Virus record (IMG/VR): IMGVR_UViG_3300035494_000155
Span: 1-40,508 of that record
DNA from: a virus
Taxonomy: Duplodnaviria; Caudoviricetes
Reading direction: 5' to 3' (one strand)
DNA length: 40,508 bases
Position numbers and translations under genes: made by a program
Notes under the pieces: model-generated
Told to the model about the DNA's origin: nothing
The model's database searches: none
The model's input: only the letters and a program-made list of their open reading frames with translations
In this document: positions 1 through 8,933 of the stretch, piece by piece
How positions within the stretch are numbered: position 1 is the first letter of the stretch
Layout: each line of letters starts with the position of its first letter

Positions 1-912
1 GGAGGTGGAGCCTCCGCCACCTCCACCTCCTCCGCAGCCTTCTACCCAGATCCTAGTAACACCGGCAGGTACAGTGAAGGTACCTGATGCAGTAAATGTC
101 TTGGAGCTAGCAAATATATCGGATAGAGTTCCTCCGCCAATATCTCCGGCAGTAGTAGCTAATGATATATTTCCACTTCCGTCAATAGAAACTGACCCAG
201 TAATGTCCCCGGTTAAAGTCAGAGTTCTAGCAGTTCCCCACTTAGCCGTAGTAATGTTAGCACTACCATCAAAAGCAGTACCATTGATAGTTCTTGCGGT
301 TGTTAGCTTGGCAGCACTACCAGTAGTATTCTGATTACCTGTAGTGTTAACTCCTGGCAAGTTAATGTTAGCACTTCCATCAAAGCTTACTCCCCCGATA
401 GTTCTTGCTGTTGTTAGCTTGGCAGCACTACCAGTAGTATCCTGATTACCTGTAGTGTTAACTCCTGGCAAGTTAATGTTAGCACTACCATCAAAAGCTA
501 CCCCACCGATGGTTCTTGCTGTTGTTAGCTTGGCAGCACTACCAGTAGTATTCTGATTACCTGTAGTGTTAACTCCTGGCAAGTTAATGTTAGCACTTCC
601 ATCAAAGCTTACTCCCCCGATAGTTCTTGCTGTTGTTAATTTAGCCGCTGAAGCTACAACTTTATTTACGTCAGCCGTATTATCTACGTTACTTAGTCCA
701 ACTTGGTCCTTAGTAACACCGTGCGGGTTATCACTATCACTTACGTGAGTGTTAAACTCTGTAATATTGGGCATCGGGTGCCCTCCTGTTGTTACACCAT
801 CATGCACCACCAAGGCCTTCTTAGTAGTATCCATAGTAACTTCACCTAAATCTCCAGTAAAAGTACTATGTTCTAGAGTAGTACCTCTTCTTAAAAGTAA
901 CTTTTTAGCCAT
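1..912 (-). CDS. Tail fibre / receptor-binding protein, 5' part (Mtd_N-like N-terminus, 37-aa shaft repeats, start of Gly-rich domain); runs off the window start
   Basis: Not in ORF track. ATG at 912-910 overlaps the TAA of 912..2807 (TAATG). Open to base 1: MAKKLLLRRGTTLEHSTFTGDLGEVTMDTTKKALVVHDGVTTGG...TARTIGGVSFDGSANINLPGV repeats...TFTASGTFTVPAGVTRIWVEGCGGGGGGGG. Confidence 0.9.
   Translation of the reverse strand, partial: MAKKLLLRRGTTLEHSTFTGDLGEVTMDTTKKALVVHDGVTTGGHPMPNITEFNTHVSDSDNPHGVTKDQVGLSNVDNTADVNKVVASAAKLTTARTIGGVSFDGSANINLPGVNTTGNQNTTGSAAKLTTARTIGGVAFDGSANINLPGVNTTGNQDTTGSAAKLTTARTIGGVSFDGSANINLPGVNTTGNQNTTGSAAKLTTARTINGTAFDGSANITTAKWGTARTLTLTGDITGSVSIDGSGNISLATTAGDIGGGTLSDIFASSKTFTASGTFTVPAGVTRIWVEGCGGGGGGGGSTS
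253..644. repeat. 111-bp (37-aa) coding tandem repeat, ~3.5 copies
   Basis: GTTCTTGC recurs at 290, 401, 512 and 623; unit AAKLTTARTIGGVSFDGSANINLPGVNTTGNQNTTGS on the minus strand. Confidence 0.95.
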
Positions 913-2807
913 TATATTCCTCCGAAATCAAATGTATTAGTTGCTACCCAACTATTGGAAGTATACACAAGCATATCTCCTTCAGCTGGCGTATTAGTAG
1001 TTATTACTGTATTAGGGTTAACGGTAACACTAATAGGTAACGGCAATAACGTTCTAACAGGAGAGTCTCCACCTATTTGAAACTCATATGTAGAGTCTGC
1101 TCCTCCTCCGTAATCAGTCCCATAATATTTTATAACCACTCTATCAGTAGCTATAAAATCTGTGATTTGTATTAACACATTAGAGCTAAACTGGGTATAA
1201 TCACTAGTTTCTACTAATAAAGTATCACTACCCGTGCCTATTAAAGTCTCAGTTCCCGCAGCATCTCTTTTATAGATATTAAAGTAAAATAATCCTTGGG
1301 AGTTACCTGAAACTCTTCTGATATTCCCTATGGTACTAACATTAATAACCCCGGTATTTCCATTAATTAAAGACTCATCAGCTATTAGACTAGCCAATAG
1401 TACATCGCTTCCTGATAATACCCCGGTACTGAGGTTAACCGCAGTGTCATTAAAATCAGGGTCAGTAACTTCACTAACAAGTTTGTAGTACCCAAAGTCT
1501 CCAACTACAGTAGTTGGGTATAAGACTACCGAAGAAGATAAAAGGCTAATATCAGCTTTAGTATCTAACCTAGACTCTATCTGAACAGAAGAATAGGTCT
1601 TAACTAAGGAAGGAGAAGAGTCGTCTATAACCCCATCAGTAACTATTTGAGCGGCTTTTATTGCCCAATGTTTTGCTGAGTATTGCCCAGGAACTACCTC
1701 AAAGTCTTCTGCAGCAGATGCCCATCTATATGCCATAGTTTCACTATTAGCAGCATTAGCCTCAGATTGAGTTGCTGAGTTAGCCATTAAAGTAGCTGTA
1801 GCTGCATTATCATCAGCCTGTAAAATCTCCGTAAGGTTTGGTACAACTTGAGTAGCCACATTAACTACATGACTAAGGTTATTAGAAACTGATACCACAT
1901 CTCCTATACTAGAGGATACTGTACCTATATCTGCAGCATATGGCGATAATACAGCAATATCTGCAGCATAAGGAGCCAAGGTATTAACCCCGGAAATAGC
2001 ACTAGCCACAGAAATAATAGAGGATATATTGTCTCCACATATAATAACTTGAGCTATTGCTCCGCTTATATTAGATATCTCAGGCAGGCTATTAGCTACA
2101 TTAACTATATGACTAGTTCCACACTCCCCTACAGTAATCGGGTCAGCCACGCTTCCCAGGTCCTCTATAGCAATTAAGCAAGAATTAGCTAGGTCATATC
2201 CTATTAATTCAATAGCTCCTATAGAGGCCCCAACGTTTTCTACCTCATCCATATTATCTAGTACTGATTGAATGGTATTTATATTATCTGACAGGTTTAC
2301 TAAGTCAGCGGCCTTGGGTGCTAATACTTGGATATCCTCAGAAATATTGCTAACTTCTGCAACTTGCCCGGCAATACTGGCTACTTGAGGGATTTCCGTG
2401 CTAATTCCTGCAATAGTATTCATAACCCCTTCTAGTACTACAACCGAAGTAATAGCACTTAGGTTTCCAGATACTGCTAAAATATCCGGTAGGTTACTCA
2501 TTAGGTCATTAATCTTACCATCAGCAAGCGCAACTATAACTACACTTTCCATATTATTAACTATAGTACCTAGGCTGCCCATATTATCATAGATAGTGTT
2601 TAGCCCTACCAGGTTATCAGCAATAGCATTAATATTATCTTGAGACTCTAGTACATCTCGGAGGGAGTTAAGCTCATCAAAAGGAAGATTAGCAGCATTA
2701 ATCCTAGTAACGGATACTTCTTGGCCTCCACGAGTCTGTATAACTTCTCCCGTACCGAACAGTAGGTCTTCTAACCCAAGTAGTTGGCGGTTAAGATTTA
2801 CTTTCAT
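912..2807 (-). CDS. Tail fibre / fibre-adapter structural protein (631 aa)
   Basis: Long low-complexity helical repeats (I/V-x-x-VA-x-N/S-I), YSAKHWA motif seen in podovirus fibres, beta-rich C-terminus; lies in tail module. Confidence 0.7.
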   Translation of the reverse strand: MKVNLNRQLLGLEDLLFGTGEVIQTRGGQEVSVTRINAANLPFDELNSLRDVLESQDNINAIADNLVGLNTIYDNMGSLGTIVNNMESVVIVALADGKINDLMSNLPDILAVSGNLSAITSVVVLEGVMNTIAGISTEIPQVASIAGQVAEVSNISEDIQVLAPKAADLVNLSDNINTIQSVLDNMDEVENVGASIGAIELIGYDLANSCLIAIEDLGSVADPITVGECGTSHIVNVANSLPEISNISGAIAQVIICGDNISSIISVASAISGVNTLAPYAADIAVLSPYAADIGTVSSSIGDVVSVSNNLSHVVNVATQVVPNLTEILQADDNAATATLMANSATQSEANAANSETMAYRWASAAEDFEVVPGQYSAKHWAIKAAQIVTDGVIDDSSPSLVKTYSSVQIESRLDTKADISLLSSSVVLYPTTVVGDFGYYKLVSEVTDPDFNDTAVNLSTGVLSGSDVLLASLIADESLINGNTGVINVSTIGNIRRVSGNSQGLFYFNIYKRDAAGTETLIGTGSDTLLVETSDYTQFSSNVLIQITDFIATDRVVIKYYGTDYGGGADSTYEFQIGGDSPVRTLLPLPISVTVNPNTVITTNTPAEGDMLVYTSNSWVATNTFDFGGI

Positions 2808-3565
2808 TATTGAAATCCTCTATATGGGATGGTATGGCGGCTGAAGGTATTATTAGCCGACATCTCATTATTTTTTGAAGCCTCTACATAGCTATAAAAT
2901 AACTGTAGTTGCTCAGCACTAAATTGTCTATTCAAAGTATCAGCGTCATATCTTAAGGCTTGCCCAGAGATATAGAATGCTAATGCTTTATCATGGACCG
3001 TATCTATCTCTATGTCTTCATCCGGAGAATCTATAGCAATAGTTTTTGGCTTAGCTGTATAAAATATAGCTAAATACTTATACAAGTCAGTTTCTATTTC
3101 CTCAGACATAGGTAGATTAAATAGGCCATCGGTAACCTCAATATCAATTATTCCACCATATAGCTGGTTCTGAGTAATAATGTTAGCTGTACCTTCTTTA
3201 ATCTTAGGGTACATTCTAAAAACGCCAGCTTTGTTATTGCTAAAGATGATATACTTAGGGTCTACTCCCACAGCATCTTCCCAATATTTATCAATTCTAT
3301 CCATCTCTTCTTCTGTCTTAGCAGTAAGAACCTGAGATTTATACTGGACTCTATCTATGTTAAATACGCTATCGCTAAGGTCATAAAGCCCTATGTTAGT
3401 CTCAATCTTAATATAAGTACGTTTCTTTAGTACTCCCGTTTTAGAGATGAACTCTTCTAGCCCGTCATTTAATAAAGCTATTAAAGTATCATCATCCCAT
3501 CTACTCGCTGAGGTATCAGATAGAGCTCTACGAGAGCGTAATAATATGTCAGAAACTCTACCCAT
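2807..3565 (-). CDS. Head-tail adaptor protein
   Basis: N-terminus ILLRSRRALSD..RWDDDTLIALLNDG typical of podovirus adaptors; downstream of capsid genes. Confidence 0.7.
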   Translation of the reverse strand: MGRVSDILLRSRRALSDTSASRWDDDTLIALLNDGLEEFISKTGVLKKRTYIKIETNIGLYDLSDSVFNIDRVQYKSQVLTAKTEEEMDRIDKYWEDAVGVDPKYIIFSNNKAGVFRMYPKIKEGTANIITQNQLYGGIIDIEVTDGLFNLPMSEEIETDLYKYLAIFYTAKPKTIAIDSPDEDIEIDTVHDKALAFYISGQALRYDADTLNRQFSAEQLQLFYSYVEASKNNEMSANNTFSRHTIPYRGFQ

Positions 3566-3592
3566 TTTTAATTTCCTGCTATTGGATTAGTT

Positions 3593-3620
3593 ATATAGAG
3601 CCTCCTAAGAGGCTCCTATA
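3593..3620 (-). terminator. Hairpin after capsid/decoration genes (terminator or stabiliser)
   Basis: GAGCCTC-CTAA-GAGGCTC, extendable by TATAG/CTATA; weak U-tract. Confidence 0.5.
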
Positions 3621-3621
3621 A

Positions 3622-4011
3622 TCAATCTGTAAATTGCCCACACCCGAGTTCAGTCTCGATGTACTCCATTACGATTTTAATTCTACCGTTCTCGTCAGGA
3701 GCATCAGCACCAGCCACGACAGTTACTTGCCCGCCAGTAGGAAAGTAAAATGCGTCTGCAGCCCCTGTAATTACCGTTTCGCCTACAACAAGCCCATTAG
3801 CAACTACCACATCTCCAACTTTTACATCAATGGTACCAGTAGCTGTACCAGAAGCTGATAATACTACCGCCAATACATAAGTAACGATAGAAGCCTTTGG
3901 AAGCGTGAATAGCACATCATCCATAGTGGCTGACGTAGAAATTACGCCAGATGCGAAAACACTTTTTGTTTTCTTTTGGTTATTTTTATCTACAAAAGTT
4001 AAGTTTGCCAT
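3622..4011 (-). CDS. Putative capsid decoration / cement protein
   Basis: 129 aa, beta-rich, directly after the major capsid gene. Confidence 0.55.
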   Translation of the reverse strand: MANLTFVDKNNQKKTKSVFASGVISTSATMDDVLFTLPKASIVTYVLAVVLSASGTATGTIDVKVGDVVVANGLVVGETVITGAADAFYFPTGGQVTVVAGADAPDENGRIKIVMEYIETELGCGQFTD

Positions 4012-4021
4012 CTAGTCCCCC

Positions 4022-5146
4022 TTAAATTTCTACATCAAAGAATACAGAACCGTAGTTATAACCAGCTACTTTAGCTTTCTTGTAATCTTCGTTTTCTGCA
4101 ATCAACTTAGTGTTTTTAGCACCACACCATACTTCCATAGCTGACTCAGAGAATTTTTCGAAGTCAGTTGCTTCGTATTTATAGTCTGGCATTTTACCCA
4201 TACCAAGTTGGAATGCACCAGCACCTAAGATAAGTCCTCTAGACTTAATAGTAGAAGCTAAGTCAAAGCCTTCTTCACCTGTCCATACCTTGTTTACTGA
4301 GTCATACTGTCTCAGACCCTGGATCTCAACTCCCGTGTTGTCGTAGTTATAATAACCTTCAGCATCAAGGATAGAGCCTTCAGTACTTCCAAAGAAGCGG
4401 CTAGCTTCTACGAATACGAATGAACCAATTTTACCTAGTACACCGCTAAGAATTCTGTTTTCGTTTCCTCTTAAGTCTGCATCTTTAAGCAAGCTTTGAG
4501 CCCCACCCGATTTGAGGAATTTGGCTTTCAAAGAAGAGTCAATTACCACTAACCAAATCGGGTTACCGTTTTGAAGCATAAATGGTCTCAAAGGTAAGCG
4601 AGTAGTAATACCAGTTGGAGTGATATCAAATCCTGTACCGTTTTTAACCACGTCTTCCACATCAAGCAATTGGTCTAAACCAAAGGAAGTACCAAGATCA
4701 AACCCGAATTCTGCACCTTGTTGCCCTAAGTCAAAATAAGCTTGGTCTGATGAGCGTACCCATAAGTCAGCAAGTTTTGTACGAGAGTCCATATGCTCGT
4801 TGATGGATAAATCTCCGATATTTTTACCGTCAAATTTTGTCCCGTTGTCTACAACGTATCTGTAGTCAGTAACTACCAGCTTGTCGCTGAATTTTTTCTT
4901 TTGTTCCCCAGTACCTTTAGCAGTAGTATTACCTTTTACAGGTCTTCCACTTAAATTACCGTCAAAGTCAAAAACTACAGTATGACCACTGTCCGCTTGG
5001 TCGTTGTTGCTTTGCATAATAATGCTGTCTCTAGTACGGCCTTTATACGCATCCCAGAAAGAAAGGCTTCTACGCTGAATTAGCCCTTCACGCATCCACG
5101 CTTTGCGTTCTAAGTCAGAACCGTAAGCTACTTTACCTGTTCCCAT
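4022..5146 (-). CDS. Major capsid protein (DUF4043 / N4-gp56-like)
   Basis: 374 aa, follows scaffold; GHTVVFDFDGNLSGRPVKGNTTAKGTGE resembles the family pattern; AGGAG RBS. Confidence 0.85.
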   Translation of the reverse strand: MGTGKVAYGSDLERKAWMREGLIQRRSLSFWDAYKGRTRDSIIMQSNNDQADSGHTVVFDFDGNLSGRPVKGNTTAKGTGEQKKKFSDKLVVTDYRYVVDNGTKFDGKNIGDLSINEHMDSRTKLADLWVRSSDQAYFDLGQQGAEFGFDLGTSFGLDQLLDVEDVVKNGTGFDITPTGITTRLPLRPFMLQNGNPIWLVVIDSSLKAKFLKSGGAQSLLKDADLRGNENRILSGVLGKIGSFVFVEASRFFGSTEGSILDAEGYYNYDNTGVEIQGLRQYDSVNKVWTGEEGFDLASTIKSRGLILGAGAFQLGMGKMPDYKYEATDFEKFSESAMEVWCGAKNTKLIAENEDYKKAKVAGYNYGSVFFDVEI

Positions 5147-5154
5147 GTCATCTC

Positions 5155-5784
5155 CTAATAGATTTCATTTTTATAGCTTTGTGCGCTATCTTTACTAGCA
5201 GAAGCCTCACTAGGAGTTCTTCCACCTCCAGCATCCTTGAGATTAGGTTGACCCATAGTCTCATTCCCTGTTCCGATAATCTTTGGAGCTTTTAAGTAAG
5301 CATAAGCTTCTTCCAAAAACTCAGTAAAAGTAACAGAACCTTCTTCTAGCTTTTTGGTAATTCGAGGAGGAACATCATACTTAATAACTTCATCCGTTAA
5401 AGTTATATCAGGATGGCTCGCTTGAAATTCCGCAAATTCAAGTTGTCTTCTTTCATAGTCAGAAAGTTGTTTAGTCTTATCAGCTAACTTACTTTCAAAC
5501 TCCTTACGAGCCGCGGCCTCGTATTCATCTAACTTAGCCTTCCACTGGTCAGGGTCAGAATATTTAAGATCCTCAAGCTCAGCCTTAACGTCGTCAGATA
5601 GATTAACTGTAGCTTTAGGCTCTACTAGAGATAGCTTAGCCTTTAGCTCAATATTTTCTTGTCTAGATCTAGTATATGCAGCCTGAGTGTCTTTATATCT
5701 CTTTTCCCAATCAGTGGTGCTTCCATTAGACTCAGAAGAAACTCCAACTGAGGTATCAGAAGTTTTAGTATCTGGAGTACCCAT
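5155..5784 (-). CDS. Capsid scaffolding protein
   Basis: DWEKRYKDTQAAYTR coiled-coil motif, charged and helical, directly upstream of capsid gene. Confidence 0.8.
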   Translation of the reverse strand: MGTPDTKTSDTSVGVSSESNGSTTDWEKRYKDTQAAYTRSRQENIELKAKLSLVEPKATVNLSDDVKAELEDLKYSDPDQWKAKLDEYEAAARKEFESKLADKTKQLSDYERRQLEFAEFQASHPDITLTDEVIKYDVPPRITKKLEEGSVTFTEFLEEAYAYLKAPKIIGTGNETMGQPNLKDAGGGRTPSEASASKDSAQSYKNEIY

Positions 5785-5810
5785 TGTTTTCCTTTATAAT
5801 GTTTAGCTAT

Positions 5811-5843
5811 ATTATAAGCTATTTTAGTTTAAAGTTTTATTAA
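5811..5843 (-). promoter_or_regulatory. Promoter for scaffold/capsid operon
   Basis: Minus strand TTAATAAAAC...TATAAT, same 27-nt offset as promoters at 13087, 16563 and 23337. Confidence 0.65.
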
Positions 5844-5871
5844 TCCTGGAGATATCCTAATAATAAAATTC

Positions 5872-7488
5872 CTATACGTCATACCCTTTTAATATTCTTG
5901 TAGACTTATTAAAAGCCTTTCTTAATTTAGAGACAAATATCTCAGCAGGATAGCTATTTTTTATACCAACTGCCATATATCTTATAGCATCTGCAGGGTG
6001 GGACCACTCATCATGCACAGGGCTATCTAAAAAGACTTGAAATTTTGTATCATATTTCTTTCTATAATTTTGAATAGTGCCTACAAATAGCTCACAACTA
6101 CTGTCTACCTCTATATTTTTGAGCATTTGACGTGTGGCCTCTATACCATCAGCTATTCTATGTTTAGTGACCAAGACTGGATTAAACCCAAGCTCCTTCA
6201 TGGCCTTCCACCTAGTCTTATCAGCTATCAGCTCCCTAACTTTGGAGTCATGAGGTACATAATCAACTCCGTATTCCCATCCATATTTCTTTGATAGCGC
6301 CTCATATACCTCCCTATAATGCTGTAATCCATGTCCGCTATTAGCATATTCTCCTATTACCTTTGGTTTTTTATCAGGATGCAGCTGAAAGAAGAAAATA
6401 CTGAAGGTGTCGTTCATACCTAAGTCCATAGCTGAATGAACTAATAGGTTGGGGTCATATAGATTAGGACGTATTTTCAGCTTTTCATACTCATGTTTAT
6501 AGTATGCCCCTTCTATGCTCTGTTCAAAAGCCTCTTCTGGAGTAGTGGGATACTCTCTTTTCATATCAGTACCCAGCTCACTTTCCTTAGAAACATACCA
6601 CCATTTCTGAGTATCAGTAAGAACTATATTAAGGGATTTTTCTATATCTGAGAAGTAGCTGGCTAAATAATTTGGTATCTCTACCTCATGGTCTATATTA
6701 CAGTCAGGGTCAATTACCCAACTAAGAAAGATTGGCTGAAAGTCAAAAGGACCAAGCGGAAGCCCTCTTTTAACCAGCGAAGTAGCCTTTTCCCAAATCT
6801 CCCAAAATAGTCCAGACTTACCTTCTGACGTAGACTCTACTGTAATCTTGTTATCTTTACCTACAGCCTGAAAAGCCCCCGTTTTAAGCTCTTTAGCTTT
6901 ATCAGGAAACTTAGCAGCAATCTTCGCAAGCTCCGATACGTGCAAAGCCTGGAGTGTATCCCCACGGAAGTTACCTATTTTAAGTACCGAACCATTATTA
7001 AAACTCATCCCTTTAGAGTTATTAGTAACTATTTCAAGCCCAAACAAGGCCTTAATATCCGGATCTAGTTCATTCCACATTAGCTCAGCCCTAGCACTAA
7101 GTTTCTCAGACTCATCCAAACCGTAAGACTGGATACCCGCCTGATATCCAGGCTTAAACAAACAGTCATCTAGGTTATAAGCTAGAAATAGAGTAGATAT
7201 ACCCTGCTGGCGCGTCTTCAGAATAATCTTCTTAGCGTGATTATACTCTGTAATAACCTTTAGCTGTGCAAAGTTAAGCTTAAGTTTCCGCTTCTTACCG
7301 TTCTTATCGAGAATGGTATAGAGATTATTCATCCTCCATAGCTTGGAAGATAGCTTATCGTTAATAAAGGCCTCTTGTTCAGGAGTTAGTACCAGCTCCC
7401 GAGACTCGTAAGACTCCCGTAGCTTCTTTAGTGCCCTTTCCTCCGAAGCGGTATACTCCGCGTTTACTTCCCAATCGCTAGCAGTCAT
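5872..7488 (-). CDS. terL: Terminase large subunit
   Basis: Walker A variant ILKTRQQGIST, Walker B LHVSE, VESTSEG, nuclease motifs AMDLGMND and HDEWSHPADAIRY. Confidence 0.95.
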   Translation of the reverse strand: MTASDWEVNAEYTASEERALKKLRESYESRELVLTPEQEAFINDKLSSKLWRMNNLYTILDKNGKKRKLKLNFAQLKVITEYNHAKKIILKTRQQGISTLFLAYNLDDCLFKPGYQAGIQSYGLDESEKLSARAELMWNELDPDIKALFGLEIVTNNSKGMSFNNGSVLKIGNFRGDTLQALHVSELAKIAAKFPDKAKELKTGAFQAVGKDNKITVESTSEGKSGLFWEIWEKATSLVKRGLPLGPFDFQPIFLSWVIDPDCNIDHEVEIPNYLASYFSDIEKSLNIVLTDTQKWWYVSKESELGTDMKREYPTTPEEAFEQSIEGAYYKHEYEKLKIRPNLYDPNLLVHSAMDLGMNDTFSIFFFQLHPDKKPKVIGEYANSGHGLQHYREVYEALSKKYGWEYGVDYVPHDSKVRELIADKTRWKAMKELGFNPVLVTKHRIADGIEATRQMLKNIEVDSSCELFVGTIQNYRKKYDTKFQVFLDSPVHDEWSHPADAIRYMAVGIKNSYPAEIFVSKLRKAFNKSTRILKGYDV

Positions 7489-7933
7489 CTTTAAACCTTT
7501 GCACCAAGTTCTGGATTATAAGATTAACAGTTGGAGCGTCATTGCCTTTCTTCTTAACCAGCTCCCCCGCCTCAATATCCTTGAGAATACTCATCATGTC
7601 TTTAACATCTTTCACGGGAACATTCTCCAGGTCAAGATCCTCAAAAAACCCCTTAACAGCATTCAAGGCATTTCTCTTAGCTATTAGAATATCCACCATA
7701 AGATCATCTTCGTCTTTATCTATATTGTCTAGCGGTATGGATGGCGCGACTTTGACTGGTTCAACTACTGGTATAATGGCCGGCTGTGTGGTAGTGGCCG
7801 AGGTCTTATTCCATTTAGATATATCCCCTAGTTCATACTGCTCTATGTTATATTTGTCGCATAGTTCTTGTATACTTAAGGGAGAGGCTTCAAATTCTGC
7901 CTTTATGGCTTTTCTTCTTATAGGATTTAGCAT
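7478..7933 (-). CDS. terS: Terminase small subunit
   Basis: N-terminal HTH-like segment (SIQELCDKYNI..), overlaps terL start, 151 aa. Confidence 0.7.
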   Translation of the reverse strand: MLNPIRRKAIKAEFEASPLSIQELCDKYNIEQYELGDISKWNKTSATTTQPAIIPVVEPVKVAPSIPLDNIDKDEDDLMVDILIAKRNALNAVKGFFEDLDLENVPVKDVKDMMSILKDIEAGELVKKKGNDAPTVNLIIQNLVQRFKDDC

Positions 7934-7957
7934 TAAGAGTCCTTTTTATTTAGGAGG

Positions 7958-7987
7958 AATACTACCATAAAAATTTTAAATTGTCAA
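7958..7987 (-). promoter_or_regulatory. Sigma70-type promoter for terminase operon
   Basis: Minus strand TTGACA-17 nt-TAGTAT upstream of terS. Confidence 0.6.
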
Positions 7988-8029
7988 TGATATCTTTCGA
8001 TTGCGGTATAGCAATTTATAGAAGTTTAT

Positions 8030-8092
8030 GGATTTTTGTAGATTATCTGGATTTTGGTAGATTATTTGGATTTTGGTAGATTATTTGGATTT
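8030..8092. repeat. 19-bp tandem repeat x3 (GGATTTTGGTAGATTATTT), flanked by TTTCGATTGCG x3
   Basis: Read directly; the 11-mer lies at 7995, 8090 and 8141. Confidence 0.9.
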
Positions 8093-8251
8093 CGATTGCG
8101 TAGCTTATGTGAGGGAATTTGTGATATTTGGTGAGGTCTATTTCGATTGCGTTGGTTTTAAAAATCTAGCAGAGTCTTGTTCCGGTTCGATGTACAAATT
8201 TACAAAGCAAGATTGTCGGTACCCCGTCAGCTATATTCTAGTATACACTAT

Positions 8252-8500
8252 CTAACAAACTCCAACAACTAACACTCCATAACAACTAACCCTCCATAAC
8301 AACTAACACTCCATAACAACTAACACTCCATAACAACTAACAGATAGCAACAGCCTAGCAGCTAACAACTAACAAACTCCAACAACTAACAAACTCCAAC
8401 AACTAACACTCCATAACAACTAACACTCCATAACAACTAACACTCCATAACAACTAACAGATAGCAACAACTAACAAACTCCAACAGAAGCTAACAATCC
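8252..8500. repeat. 17-bp tandem array: AACAACTAAC core x12 plus a 7-nt variable tail
   Basis: Core starts at 8264, 8281, 8298, 8315, 8332, 8364, 8381, 8398, 8415, 8432, 8449, 8466; tails ACTCCAT, CCTCCAT, AAACTCC, AGATAGC. Confidence 0.97.
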
Positions 8501-8711
8501 TCCTCGACTCCATAAGCAGAAATTGCCTACATTTTACTCACGGCTCAAAATAATCATTTTAAGCTGCCTAAAAGCCACAAACCTCCTCGAATGAGCATTA
8601 CTATTCACTGGACCTCCTTTGCAATTTTGTAGATTTTGGTAACACTCCAAGAATTTTAGTATTAATTTTATTGACATTTGAAACAAATTTAGATATTTAC
8701 GCGTGTACATT

Positions 8712-8793
8712 ATATAAGGCAGCAAATTTTGATTACATGCAATTATTTGCATTATTTGCATAATTATATTAGCCATTTTTTATTTTGCTAAAA
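8712..8793 (-). repeat. 82-bp dispersed element, copy A (inverted relative to 23196-23277); contains TATAAT
   Basis: Ungapped manual alignment with copy B, 64/82 identical. Confidence 0.85.
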
Positions 8794-8841
8794 AACCTTA
8801 AGAGATTTAATGAAATTTATTAAAATTTTTCCTAAAAACTA

Positions 8842-8870
8842 TTGACATTAGTTTTAAAATCTTATATAAT
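8842..8870 (+). promoter_or_regulatory. Consensus sigma70 early promoter
   Basis: TTGACA(8842)-17 nt-TATAAT(8865), AT-rich upstream element. Confidence 0.9.
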
Positions 8871-8933
8871 AGTACTGTTCATTTAATAAATGACAAAAAC
8901 TTAAAACAAGCCAAAGGCTTAAGGAGACATATT

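Noticed and set aside
1-912. Diversity-generating retroelement suggested by the Mtd_N-like fibre
   Set aside because: No reverse transcriptase ORF and no TR/VR pair with adenine-specific mismatches; the 111-bp repeats are tandem shaft repeats.
5-940. Plus-strand ORFs 5..334, 566..748, 749..940 (poly-Pro)
   Set aside because: Antisense shadows of the Gly-rich fibre gene; no RBS.
8252-8500. CRISPR or mini-CRISPR array
   Set aside because: The 10-nt core and 7-nt tails are far too short, the tails recur rather than being unique spacers, and no cas genes are present.
8073-8776. ORFs 8073..8255 (+) and 8534..8776 (-)
   Set aside because: They run through repeats and AT-rich regulatory DNA with no convincing RBS or protein-like composition.
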